This document shows, piece after piece, positions 10,911 through 21,062 of a stretch of 64,000 nt of DNA; the first letter of the stretch is position 1; every line of letters starts with the position of its first letter. The notes under the pieces were generated by a model. That model did not search any database and had not been told where the DNA came from. It was given only the letters and a program-made list of their open reading frames with translations. Source of the DNA: Nitrospirota bacterium (GTDB lineage Bacteria > Nitrospirota > UBA9217). The stretch is from assembly GCA_963818475.1 (NCBI GenBank), contig CAWFSF010000006.1, forward strand, positions 1,120,001-1,184,000, read 5' to 3'. The translations under genes were made by a program, and so were the position numbers.

Positions 10911-13067
10911 CTACCCGGTTTTAACCCGCTTTACATCGATCACCCCTTTAATGCCTTCAATGTTTTTTATCACCTTGTTCAGATGTTCCACGTCCTTGAT
11001 ATCAAGCGTAAAATTGAGCGTAGCTCCCTTGTTCTCATCCGTTATTGCCTCGGCATGCGTGATATTTGCCTCCAGCGCGCTGATCGATGAAGAAACGCTG
11101 GCAAGGAGGCCGGGTTTGTCTATGGTACGGACCGTTATCTTCACCGCGTGCGCTATGGTCTGGAAATCTCCCCAGGTAACTTCGACCAGACGGTCCTTGT
11201 CAAAAGTGAGTTCACCAACATTCGGACAATCAGCCGTATGAACGGAAACTCCCCTGCCGCGCGTGATAAAACCGACTACCTGGTCTCCGGGAACGGGATT
11301 GCAGCATTTTGAGAGATGGATCATCATATTGTCAAGCCCGCTGATCTTCATCCCCCCGCTCCCGTCGCCTGCGGATTTGACATGCTTGGGAGCTGGTTTT
11401 TTCACCAGCGGTTCCACATGCTGCTTGTCCGGCGCGAGCCTGTTCGCGACCAGGTGCGGAGAAACCTTGCCATAGCCGATTGCGGCAAGCAGGTCGTCGA
11501 TCGTATTATGTGATAGCTCTATGGCAATCTGAGGGAGCTCCTCCGATTTGAGGACCTTGGCGGGGTTCAGGTCGTGTTTGCGGAGCTCCTTTTCGAGCAG
11601 TTCCTTGCCGAGCAGTATGCTTCTCCTGCGTTCTTCGATCTTAAGCCAGGCTTTGATCCTGGTCCGCGCTTTTGAGGTTTTGACGAATTTAAGCCAGTCG
11701 CGGCTCGGCGTATGGCCGGCTTGAGTGATGACTTCGACCTTATCCCCATTTCGTAGCTGGTGCTTGAGGGGAACGATCTTGCCGTTCACCTTGCCGCCAA
11801 CGCACGAGTGTCCGATGTCCGTGTGGATGCTATACGCGAAATCGACTGGTGTCGAACCCTGCGGCAGCTCTCGCACATCTCCCCGGGGCGTAAAGACATA
11901 CACGACCTCCGGGAAAAGGTCGCCCTTGACCGTGTCCATGAACTCTTTTGCGTCAGGGAGGTCCCGTTGCCACTCCAGCAATTGCCGGAGCCAGGCAAAT
12001 TGCTGCTCTTCCCGCTGGCTTACCGGGGATTTTTCCTTGTACCGCCAGTGTGCGGCAATGCCCTCTTCGGCAAGGCGATGCATTTCATCGGTCCGGATCT
12101 GGAACTCCACCCGTTCTCCTTTGGGGCCGATAACCGTAGTATGGAGCGACTGGTAGAGGTTCGACTTGGGTACGCCGATGAAATCCTTGAACCGGCCGGG
12201 GACCGGGGTCCAGAGCGAGTGGATGAGGCCCAGGATGGCGTAGCAATTGACCTTGGTATCGGTGATGATCCGAATCGCGATCAGGTCATAGATGTCGTCA
12301 AAGGAGATGCCCTGCTTCTGCATCTTCTGATAGATGCTGTAGAAGTGCTTGGGCCGACCCTTTACCTCGCCTTTATATCCGTGTTCCGCGAGTTGGCCCC
12401 GCATGGTTTCCATGAGCTCGTTTATATAGGATTCGCGCTCGATGCGGCGCTGGGAGACCTTTTGCGCCACATCCTGATACGCCTCGGGGTTGAGATACAT
12501 GAATGAAAGGTCTTCAAGCTCGATTTTGATCTTGGAAATACCGAGGCGGTTGGCGAGTGGCGCGTAAATATCGAGCGTTTCCTGTGCAATACGCCGCTGC
12601 TTTTCAGGAGCGAGCGACTTCAGCGTACGCATGTTGTGGAGCCGGTCGGCCAGCTTGATCAGGATGACCCTGATGTCCTTGGCCATGGCGACGATCATCT
12701 TGCGAAAATTATCAGCTTCGCGCTGTTCCCGGCTCTGGAGCTCCATGCGGCTTAGTTTTGTCATGCCTTCGACCAGCATGCCCACTTCCTCGCCGAACAG
12801 GCTCTTGATCTCCTCCTGCGTGGAGGTCGTATCCTCGATCGTGTCGTGGAGCAGGCCGGCGGCAACAGTGGCGGCATCGAGCTTGAGGTTGGCGAGAATG
12901 GCCGCGACCTCGATGGGATGGATCAGGTAGGATTCCCCGGAGAGGCGCGTTTGCCCCTGATGGGCCTTGGCTGAAAAGATGTAGGCGCGCCTCAGCAGGT
13001 CCACATCCGCGTCGGGATGATAGCTCTGAATGCGTTCTACGATGTCTTCGAGCCTGATAGCAGGCAT
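10911..13067 (-). CDS. rel: Bifunctional (p)ppGpp synthetase/hydrolase
   Basis: HD motif LHDTIED, YQSLHT, EFQIRT, TGS and ACT domains. Confidence 0.96.
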   Translation of the reverse strand: MPAIRLEDIVERIQSYHPDADVDLLRRAYIFSAKAHQGQTRLSGESYLIHPIEVAAILANLKLDAATVAAGLLHDTIEDTTSTQEEIKSLFGEEVGMLVEGMTKLSRMELQSREQREADNFRKMIVAMAKDIRVILIKLADRLHNMRTLKSLAPEKQRRIAQETLDIYAPLANRLGISKIKIELEDLSFMYLNPEAYQDVAQKVSQRRIERESYINELMETMRGQLAEHGYKGEVKGRPKHFYSIYQKMQKQGISFDDIYDLIAIRIITDTKVNCYAILGLIHSLWTPVPGRFKDFIGVPKSNLYQSLHTTVIGPKGERVEFQIRTDEMHRLAEEGIAAHWRYKEKSPVSQREEQQFAWLRQLLEWQRDLPDAKEFMDTVKGDLFPEVVYVFTPRGDVRELPQGSTPVDFAYSIHTDIGHSCVGGKVNGKIVPLKHQLRNGDKVEVITQAGHTPSRDWLKFVKTSKARTRIKAWLKIEERRRSILLGKELLEKELRKHDLNPAKVLKSEELPQIAIELSHNTIDDLLAAIGYGKVSPHLVANRLAPDKQHVEPLVKKPAPKHVKSAGDGSGGMKISGLDNMMIHLSKCCNPVPGDQVVGFITRGRGVSVHTADCPNVGELTFDKDRLVEVTWGDFQTIAHAVKITVRTIDKPGLLASVSSSISALEANITHAEAITDENKGATLNFTLDIKDVEHLNKVIKNIEGIKGVIDVKRVKTG

Positions 13068-13069
13068 GT

Positions 13070-13200
13070 TTATTTAAGCTCCAAATAACAAGCGTCAAAT
13101 AACAAATAAGCTCCAAACTTAAAAAAACAAGAACCAACCGTTTGAATTTTAGATATTGGAGTTTGGAATTTATTTGGGATTTGTAATTTGTTGTTTGTAG
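13070..13200. repeat. AT-rich short-period palindromic repeat (copy 2)
   Basis: CCAAATAACAAGCGTCAAATAACAAAT ... TTTGGAATTTATTTGGGATTTGTAATTTG; overlaps the recJ stop codon. Confidence 0.7.
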
Positions 13201-14970
13201 TTTTCTTTTTCACTTTTAATGTCCCGGATCTCGAGCTCAACGTTCGTTTTCCCGTTCCATGCATTGATCCGGGGCGTGAACACGATCGCTACTTTTGAGC
13301 CTTCGACCACTGTTTTGCCCGGCCGCCCTCCCCGGCTGAAGGAAATAGCGCCGAAGGGGCTGCCTCCCTGCTGCCGAAGCAGAAGCTTCAGGTGGTTATT
13401 CCGCACGGTCTTCGATGAGAGGACCATAAGCCCGCGGGCTCCCAGGCGGGGTTCGGGATTTCCCTGGCCAAAGGGCGCCATTTGGTCGATCTCATGCATG
13501 AGATCCAAGGTAAGCTCATCGAGCGTCACAGCGCCATCGACAGCCAGGGTCCGCACAAAACCCTGGGATCTCATCTGCTGCATGACGATCGAACCGAGCC
13601 GTTCCCGGAGTTCGGGGATGCGGTCCTCCTCGACCGTGAAACCGGCAGCATATTTGTGGCCGCCGAACCCGAGAAGCAGGTCGGAACAGGCGGACAATCC
13701 CTGGTAGAGGTCAAACCCCGGGATGCTCCGTGCCGAACCTTTGCCGATGCCGTCCTTCACGGAAATGAGAGCGGCAGGCCGGTAGAATTCTTCCACGATC
13801 CTCGACGCCACTATCCCGATGACGCCAGGGTGCCAGTCAGCGGATGCCAGTACAAGCGCCCCGGTCATGGCCATGTCCAGCGTCTTGCATTTGGTCCTGG
13901 CTTCTTCCTGAATGATTTCCTCAACGGCCTGGCGCTCCCGGTTGATGTCGTCGAGCATGGACGCCAGTTCACGTGCCTCGTCGGGAGACTCCGTGGTGAG
14001 CAGTCTGAAGGCGGCATCGGCACGGTTAAGCCGACCGCTCGCATTGATCCGGGGGGCGAGTGAAAACCCCACAGCCCCCACGCCGATCTTTTTTCCTTCA
14101 AGGCCGGCAACTGCTTTGAGCGCTGCAACACCTTTCCGTTGTGAACCGTTGTGAGCCGACAGGTCTTCAAGACCGTGCTTCACCAATATCCGGTTCTCGC
14201 CGGTGATCGTACCCACATCAGCGATCGTGCCGAGGGCAACCAGGTCGAGGTATTGCCTCAGCCGCTGGTCGTCCGCCGGGGCGTCCAGGAGGGCCTGCGC
14301 CAGTTTGAACGCCATGCCGACCCCGGTCAGCCCTGCAACCTCTTTTTTAACACGGTCCGGCGTCTCCCCGGATGACCAGCTTTGGATGCAGAACAGCGTA
14401 TGCATCAGGAAGCGCGATAGCAGCGTTGCCGGAAATATCTGCCTGCTTGATAAACTCATGGTGATCGGTAACGATGAGGTCGATCGACAGCGAGCGGGCC
14501 GTATTTGCCTGGTCCATGGCGCTGATCCCGCAATCAACGGTAATAACGATCGAAACCCCTGAAGACTTGAGCGTATGCAGTGCAGTGCAATGCAGGCCAT
14601 AGCCTTCGCTCATGCGGTCGGGAATGTAGCAGAGGACATCGGCATTCAGGCTTTTCAATACCAGAAAAAGGAGCGCCGCCCCGGTCACGCCATCGACATC
14701 ATAGTCGCCATAGATTGCGATCTTCTCACGGCCTGAAAGAGCCGCTCGAATCCTGCTGGTGGCTTTTTCTATGCCTGCGAAGATCCCCGGTCCGGACAGT
14801 GCCGCGAGCTCGCAGGAGAGAAAGGCCCGCACGTCAGCAGGGTCGGCGATCCCCCGGTTGGCCATCAGTCTGGCAATGAGCGGATGGATCCCTGCCTGAC
14901 CCGAGAGCGCGGCTGCAACTGCTGCGTCGGATTCCGCAAGAACCCACTTTATTGGAGCAGAAACGGTCAA
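13170..14970 (-). CDS. recJ: ssDNA exonuclease RecJ (frameshift near 14380)
   Basis: GDYDVDG, TVDCG, DHH, LGTIAD, APRINASGR, GSARS, GGHKYAAG. Confidence 0.93.
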
Positions 14971-15159
14971 TTAACCCTTATTCTCTTTTTTGGCGGCATC
15001 TGAGCCGTTGTCCTGGTTTGGTGAGTCGGAAATCCCCTTTTTGAAGCCCTTAATGGCTTTCCCCAGTCCCTCACCGAGCTGGGGAAGACGGTTTGCACCG
15101 AAGATCACGAGCACGATGACCAAAATTATGATCAGTTCCGGCATTCCGAGTCCGAACAT
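14971..15159 (-). CDS. tatA: Twin-arginine translocase TatA/E
   Basis: [27 protein letters not shown]. Confidence 0.95.
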   Translation of the reverse strand: MFGLGMPELIIILVIVLVIFGANRLPQLGEGLGKAIKGFKKGISDSPNQDNGSDAAKKENKG

Positions 15160-15722
15160 GTTGCCTCCTTATATTGCTGCGGGGTATTCAGATTGATGAA
15201 CGATCGCCGCTCTGGATCAAATCGGCTGATTTCCTTTTCAGTAACGTACCGTACGTTTGCGCGAACGAATATGCCCTGTATCCGGCGCTCATTCTCGCGT
15301 ATCCGCTCCTCTATCACGGGAAGCAGCTTCTTGCTGTACACGGCATGGAGCGGCTCGGTCTGTTCTCCAACAGCGGGCACCACCGCATCGTACCCCGGCG
15401 CCAGTTCCATCAGGTAGGAAAGAAGCCCCGCGTTCAGGAACGGCATGTCGCAGGCGACCACGATATTGTATTCACTCTCGGAACTGCAGATGCCGGAATA
15501 CATGCCGGTCAACGGGCCCCGTTGGTCCAACCTGTCCGTGACGACCCTGGCATCGTAGGCACTATAGCGTTCCGGTGAGTTGGTCACGATAATGATCTGG
15601 CGAACTACAGACCGAAGCGCCCGCAGAACATGCTCTATCATGGGCATTCCTGCAACCGTCAGGAAGGCTTTATCAACGCCCATGCGTTTGTTCTCTCCAC
15701 CGGCGAGGATGATACCTGTCAT
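15132..15722 (-). CDS. mobA: Molybdenum cofactor guanylyltransferase
   Basis: ILAGG...RMG.DKA, GPL.G, ACDMP, EPLHAVY, N.NTP. Confidence 0.93.
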   Translation of the reverse strand: MTGIILAGGENKRMGVDKAFLTVAGMPMIEHVLRALRSVVRQIIIVTNSPERYSAYDARVVTDRLDQRGPLTGMYSGICSSESEYNIVVACDMPFLNAGLLSYLMELAPGYDAVVPAVGEQTEPLHAVYSKKLLPVIEERIRENERRIQGIFVRANVRYVTEKEISRFDPERRSFINLNTPQQYKEATCSDSECRN

Positions 15723-15727
15723 AATTA

Positions 15728-15756
15728 AAATTACAGTATTTACAATGAGGTGTCAA
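15728..15756 (-). promoter_or_regulatory. sigma70-like promoter of mobA-tatA-recJ
   Basis: TTGACA-N17-TAATTT, 5 nt before the ATG. Confidence 0.55.
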
Positions 15757-15882
15757 TAACGAACTTTCTTGTTGCGCAGTATCCCCGCTCAAAAAGGCTC
15801 TGATGTTCCTGTGGCCGTACACTGCTCAAAGGATAACTGCAAGATGTCGTGCCTGTTGAAGTTCTAAAATTTGAGCTTTACG

Positions 15883-15911
15883 TTGACAAACTATTTAAAA
15901 ATACCTATACT
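15883..15911 (+). promoter_or_regulatory. sigma70 promoter
   Basis: TTGACA-N17-TATACT, 6 nt before the ATG at 15918. Confidence 0.75.
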
Positions 15912-15917
15912 GCGTTC

Positions 15918-16202
15918 ATGAGATGGCAATCTATCATCGTGCTTCTGGCGATCGCTCTCAGTATCGTTGTGCCGCCTGCGCTGCCGATCATGGCCGCCCA
16001 GGGCGGGCAGGCTGAGATCGGAACGCTTGATGTCTGCCACTCGGCAACACCCGCACTGTCATCGAACGGTGACATGCCCTGTATCAATGAAGGTATGAAC
16101 CTGCTCCTTCCCCAGGAGCTCAGCACGGTTTCTGCAGTTGCAGCTCCCCGATCCAAGCCATTCTGTATTGCCTTTCAAGACGAACGTCCTCCAAAAAGCT
16201 GA
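15918..16202 (+). CDS. Putative regulatory leader peptide (DUF2946/CruR/CutF-like) ending ERPPKS
   Basis: 94 aa; N-terminal hydrophobic segment, DVCH and MPC cysteines, C-terminal RPP. Confidence 0.65.
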   Translation: MRWQSIIVLLAIALSIVVPPALPIMAAQGGQAEIGTLDVCHSATPALSSNGDMPCINEGMNLLLPQELSTVSAVAAPRSKPFCIAFQDERPPKS

Positions 16203-16408
16203 TCGCTGGTACCAGACCGAAGTTGTGAGTATTCCTCCCCGGAATAGGTATGCGCACGTCTGCGCGTGCCCGTAAGCTCGGCTCCGCTTCGGCAATATCC
16301 GTTGTTTTAGTGTTTCATACATGGTATTTCCGATGCGGAGCCATTTTCTCTGGGTGCCGTTATTTGTCCCGATGTCAACGCAGCATATCACAGGGTAGTA
16401 AAGAAACC

Positions 16409-16903
16409 ATGAGTAAAATTATTGCCACAGCGCTCATTCTGATTGTCATCGCACCTGTTTATGCATATTCGGTCCAGATCGGAGCAAGGGCTCCATTATT
16501 CACGCTCCCTGACTTGAATGGAAGAACCATTTCGCTGGAACAGTTCAAGGGTAAGGTCGTGTTTCTGGATTTTTGGGCGCCCTGGTGCATCCCTTGCAAA
16601 GAAGAGCTTCCTGAGCTCGACACGCTGTTAAAAAAATACGGCGAAGAAGGTTTTGTGGTCATCGGAATGAGCGTAGACACGTCTGATAAGGATGTATTGA
16701 CGTTCTTGAAAAAAGTTCCCTTGAGCGTTCATATCCTGATTGATAAAAAGAACGAGGTCTCTGACGCCTATCGTGTTTCCAGTCTGCCGACCGGATTCAT
16801 TATCAGCAGAGACGGCATCATCGAGTACCGGCACAGGGGTTTCGACAAGGGGCTCCTGCCTGTGTATGAAAAAGAAATAAACGCGTTGTTGAAACAACCA
16901 TAA
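16409..16903 (+). CDS. TlpA/ResA-like periplasmic thiol-disulfide reductase
   Basis: Signal peptide, DFWAPWCIPC, LPT cis-Pro loop. Confidence 0.9.
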   Translation: MSKIIATALILIVIAPVYAYSVQIGARAPLFTLPDLNGRTISLEQFKGKVVFLDFWAPWCIPCKEELPELDTLLKKYGEEGFVVIGMSVDTSDKDVLTFLKKVPLSVHILIDKKNEVSDAYRVSSLPTGFIISRDGIIEYRHRGFDKGLLPVYEKEINALLKQP

Positions 16904-16926
16904 ATCATTTATCTGGAGGATCGAGC

Positions 16927-18483
16927 ATGCGTTCACTTAGATCACAGGCATCAGGTTTACTCATCGTCGCAGCAATGTTTTTATTTGCCGGGTGCGGGAA
17001 CTCCGACTCCCCTTCTCCAGCAACGTCAACGACCATAACCGGAAGCGTATTTGCGGCTCCGGTTGCAGGTGCGACAGTCGTAGTCATGAATTCAAGCGGC
17101 ACTGCAACTATTGCGGGACCGGTTACCACGCTCGATGACGGCACCTATAGCGTAAACGTCCCGAATGCTGCACTGACAGCTGATCTGATCATATCTGCGA
17201 CGTCGGGTACCTTTACGGATGAGGCCACGTCAACGGACGTGACCGCAGGGACGCTGGCAGCCTACGTGGCTGGTGGCAGCCTGACCGGCGGTTCAGCGGT
17301 GCACCTTGATCCTTCTTCGACAATCGTTCATGATCTCGTAACTTCCGGTTCAGGCACATCAGTATCCGTTGCAATGTCCCTGTTTGGCGCATCGTTCGGA
17401 TATCTTCCCGACACGTCCGTAGCGCCTAAAGATCCGGATGCTCCACTCACCGACGGTTCCGACGCGTTGCGACGGCTCGCCGGACTGCGTGCCGCTGCAT
17501 TCAGCCGGATCACCTATGACCTCGGCCTCACGCCGGGACAGCAATTCGACCTCATCAAAGCCATGGCAAAAGACCTTTCCGATGGGACAGCAGACGGGCT
17601 GTATAATGGCGCCGCAATCGAGATCATTCCCGGAATAAATTTGCCCGCGGACTGGAAAACCCGGTTCGAGAGCGCTATGACGACCATGGCGAATGTACGA
17701 CTGACGAACTCCTACCGGGTCACCTATATGCCGGAAATGGGCATGATGGCCCCCAGGACGGGGAAATCGAAATTTCAGATCAGGGTCGTAAAGCGAATTG
17801 ATGATACGCCAGGCACTGGACTTGCGCTGAAGATAAAGCCATTAATGCACATGGTCAATGGAACAAATCACTCAACACCCGTAGATATTGTATCGGAATC
17901 CACCACTACTGCCGGCACATATGACTGCACGGCATACTATCTAATGGCATCCGGTATGAGCATGGGGTTCTGGGACCTCAAGGTGGATATCGCCGACGGA
18001 ACAACAACGGAATCCGCAATGTTTTTTCCGTCCGTCGGTATGGCTATGGGCACAAACACGGTCCGTGCCACGCTGAAGGGACAGGCCGATATCATCAGCA
18101 GTATGAGCGGAACGGAAAAACGTTCTTACTATTTGTTCAAAGATGGTTTGGCAACCGGCGGCACAAGTACATTTGATTTATTCATTGCCGCCAAGCAGAG
18201 CATGATGAGCTATCCTGCTGTATCGTTCGGTACCGTGTTAAGCAACCCTACCGGCACGGTGACATCGATGACCGTCGATGCCTCAACTGATGGAGGCTCA
18301 ACCTGGGCTGCAGCACTAGACAATTCCAACGGTCACTGGAGCGTACCTGGACTGACAGGCCTTGTCTCCGGCACTACAGGCACCATCTTTGTGAAAATGA
18401 CCGTCAATGGAGAAGCTAAAACCACTGATGGCAACGTGGCTACAGGAACGAACGATTACGCAACATTCATTGTGAAGCCGTAA
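16927..18483 (+). CDS. Large Thr/Gly-rich lipoprotein with Met/His-rich YtkA-like region
   Basis: GGAGG RBS, lipobox LFAGC, motifs MPEMGMM, PLMHM...HSTP, MASGMSMG. Confidence 0.7.
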   Translation: MRSLRSQASGLLIVAAMFLFAGCGNSDSPSPATSTTITGSVFAAPVAGATVVVMNSSGTATIAGPVTTLDDGTYSVNVPNAALTADLIISATSGTFTDEATSTDVTAGTLAAYVAGGSLTGGSAVHLDPSSTIVHDLVTSGSGTSVSVAMSLFGASFGYLPDTSVAPKDPDAPLTDGSDALRRLAGLRAAAFSRITYDLGLTPGQQFDLIKAMAKDLSDGTADGLYNGAAIEIIPGINLPADWKTRFESAMTTMANVRLTNSYRVTYMPEMGMMAPRTGKSKFQIRVVKRIDDTPGTGLALKIKPLMHMVNGTNHSTPVDIVSESTTTAGTYDCTAYYLMASGMSMGFWDLKVDIADGTTTESAMFFPSVGMAMGTNTVRATLKGQADIISSMSGTEKRSYYLFKDGLATGGTSTFDLFIAAKQSMMSYPAVSFGTVLSNPTGTVTSMTVDASTDGGSTWAAALDNSNGHWSVPGLTGLVSGTTGTIFVKMTVNGEAKTTDGNVATGTNDYATFIVKP

Positions 18484-18501
18484 CATCGGAAAAGGATACT
18501 T

Positions 18502-19476
18502 ATGCAAAACAAGATCCTTAAAATACTCTGTGCGGCCCTGTTTCTTGGGGCCGCATGCCTCTTCTCCCAGCCGGCCTTGGCGGGCTCCTGCTGCGGCGGC
18601 GGGGGCGGTTCGACACTGCTGTTGCCGAAGTTCTATCAGGCCATGGTCGATGTTTCTTTTGAGCTGGAAAAATACGACGGGTTCTGGAATCAGGATGGGA
18701 AGTATACTCACGACCCCCCAGGATCGGATCTTCGGCAATACCGTCTGAATGCGGGGTATGCCCGGCGTTTTTCAAAAAAATGGCAGACCAGCGTCCTCGT
18801 TCCTTATGTCTGGAACGTCAATAAATATGAAAACAGTACCCATCGAAAGGACGGAATCGGCGACACGACATTGAGCCTCTGGTATGAGGCGCTTGACGAT
18901 ATTTCTGCCTGGCGAATACGCGATCTGAAGGACCTGACGCCCTCGATCACGGTCGGTCCTTCTTTGATCATTCCCACCGGTATCTCGCCCTACGACGGAG
19001 TGCCCAGCGAAGATGTGACGGGACGGGGATTCTACAGGCTCGATGGAAACATCATTATCACGAAAACCCTCCATCCCTGGAGCGCTTCAGCATCTCTCAG
19101 CTATGGGAGTCATCTCGAAAGATCTGTCAATCGGGAATTGGACTATGTCCCTCCGTACCGAAAAAAACTTGGAGACCGATCGTCAGCCTCCATCTCATTA
19201 AGCTACATCTATTACGTCGGGTCGGGTGGAGATGCCCTGACCTTCACTGCATCGCTGTCGGATTTGCGTGAAGCAGATGCGACCAGAGACGGCAACCGGA
19301 TCGAGAACAGCGGATTTCAAAAAGACTTCATCGGCGGAACCATCGCTTACTCAAGCACGGATCATGATTGGGGTGTCAGAACGGCATGGAGTCACACGGT
19401 CAAGCAAGACGGATGGGGGAAAAACTTCCCCGCAACCGACATCTATACCATAGGGGTGAATCATGGGTTCCGATAA
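18502..19476 (+). CDS. Putative outer-membrane beta-barrel transporter with N-terminal Cys-Cys
   Basis: Signal peptide ALA, then GSCCGGGGG; G.GD, PTG and TG.G motifs; amphipathic strands; terminal GVNHGFR. Confidence 0.7.
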   Translation: MQNKILKILCAALFLGAACLFSQPALAGSCCGGGGGSTLLLPKFYQAMVDVSFELEKYDGFWNQDGKYTHDPPGSDLRQYRLNAGYARRFSKKWQTSVLVPYVWNVNKYENSTHRKDGIGDTTLSLWYEALDDISAWRIRDLKDLTPSITVGPSLIIPTGISPYDGVPSEDVTGRGFYRLDGNIIITKTLHPWSASASLSYGSHLERSVNRELDYVPPYRKKLGDRSSASISLSYIYYVGSGGDALTFTASLSDLREADATRDGNRIENSGFQKDFIGGTIAYSSTDHDWGVRTAWSHTVKQDGWGKNFPATDIYTIGVNHGFR

Positions 19477-19993
19477 TATACGCCTGTTGTTACTGGGGAT
19501 AATCCTAGCCGTTCTTACGGGATGCGGCGGCATGATGGACGATCTTAATCCGTCTAACAGCGACAAACACCATGTTGGACAAATTGCTCCGGATTTCACA
19601 CTTTCCGACACTCTCGGGACCAGCATCACACTCTCGACTGCACTTACAGGAACTAGTGTGAACGGTGTTGTCCTCTACTTCACCATGTGGTGCCCGACCT
19701 GCGACGTTCATATGAGCAACATGCGAAGTTCCCATATCCCCAACTTTCCTAATGTGCGTTTTTTTGCCGTGGATTATGTGTCCAGCACTGTTGCTGATGC
19801 CCGCAATTCAGAGCTATCGAACGGGTATGCAGGATCAGGATTCATTGTTCTGGCTGACACGGGTCAGACTGTTCTGAATCTTTACCATGGTACAATGGGA
19901 ACCACTGTTGTCATAGACAAGACCGGAGTGATACGGATGAACGAGGATTATAAGGACGATAGACTGACGGCCGCCCTCGCTGCATTGCCGTAA
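19463..19993 (+). CDS. Thioredoxin-fold (redoxin) lipoprotein
   Basis: Lipobox LTGC, APDFTL, YFTMWCPTC. Confidence 0.82.
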   Translation: MGSDNIRLLLLGIILAVLTGCGGMMDDLNPSNSDKHHVGQIAPDFTLSDTLGTSITLSTALTGTSVNGVVLYFTMWCPTCDVHMSNMRSSHIPNFPNVRFFAVDYVSSTVADARNSELSNGYAGSGFIVLADTGQTVLNLYHGTMGTTVVIDKTGVIRMNEDYKDDRLTAALAALP

Positions 19994-20027
19994 CCCGGTC
20001 TTTCGATTAAAACTAGGAGCATATATC

Positions 20028-20494
20028 ATGAAGCAGATATTTATAGTCGCTGTCCAAACTCTGGTACTGCTGTGCGCAACCGGAGCAAACGTCCTTGCCC
20101 AGGACGATATCAGTAAGTCACCGTTCATGCGGCAATTGCGGAATGGACCGAAAGGCCTACGGGTTTCAGCCGTATGTTGATCCAGTACGAGGACGGGACT
20201 GTGGTGGGCACCTGCAGCCTGCACTGTGCAGTCGTTGAGCTCGATGCGAATCCGGGGCGCGTTGTAAAGTCCCTGCTCGTTGCTGACCGGGAATCGCGGA
20301 TACTGCTGGAGGCTGAAAAGGCCGTCTGGGTCATGGGGGGTAAGAAGCGCGGTGTCATGACGGAACTGCCCACGTGGGCCTTTCAGTCAAAGGAAGGCGC
20401 CGAAACGTTTATGAAGGCGAACGGCGGCAAGATCACGACTTGGACTGAAGTTCTTGCTGCTGCACGCGATGAAGTAAAACGAAAAACACGATAG
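20028..20494 (+). CDS. NosL-family metal-binding protein (frameshift near 20124)
   Basis: Signal peptide; removing one T restores CGNCGMD...CSLHC...GVM...AF...A..F...NGG. Confidence 0.8.
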
Positions 20495-20593
20495 GTACTT
20501 TCCACGCTGAGTGACAAAAAGGGTGAACGGACTTTACTTTTAGTCCTCAGCGCGTTATTATGCACTGCACATTAAACATTGCGCCTTTCTTCT

Positions 20594-21054
20594 ATGACGA
20601 TCACGAACGTTCATAACCATAAAAACAGTGCATTGTTGACGATCCTGCTGTTGGCTATCCCTTCTTGGTTCGGCCTGTACCCGTCAACATATCTATGCTG
20701 CGCCGACCGTCATCGGCTCTAATGCCGTCATCGAGATATCCTCCCTGAAGACCGCAACGCCGATTTTTCTCACCTATCGATACCAGGGCAAACTGATCAA
20801 CTTCTTTGTTCTTCGGCTGGACTCAGGCGTCCAATCCTACCTCGATGCCTGCGCAAGCTGCTATCATCACCAAGCAGGGATACCGTCCCGATGACGGTGT
20901 GGTTACCTGCCGGTACTGCAATATGAAATTTCCGATATATAAGCTGGAAAAAGGACTGGGGAGCTGTTACCCGATCAGGATAGCGGGAAGGGCCGAAAAC
21001 GGCAACTATTTGATCTCCCTTGCGGAGCTGGAAGGCGCTGCGAAGCTGTTCTAA
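20594..21054 (+). CDS. DUF2318-like Fe-S/Cys-rich protein (frameshifted)
   Basis: Joining frames gives INFFV...YLDACASCY..KQGY....VTCRYCNMKF...GSCYPI. Confidence 0.7.
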
Positions 21055-21062
21055 CAACATCG

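Noticed and set aside
20028-20494. Nitrous oxide reductase (nos) cluster
   Set aside because: No nosZ, nosD, nosF or nosY nearby; the NosL fold occurs in other metal contexts.
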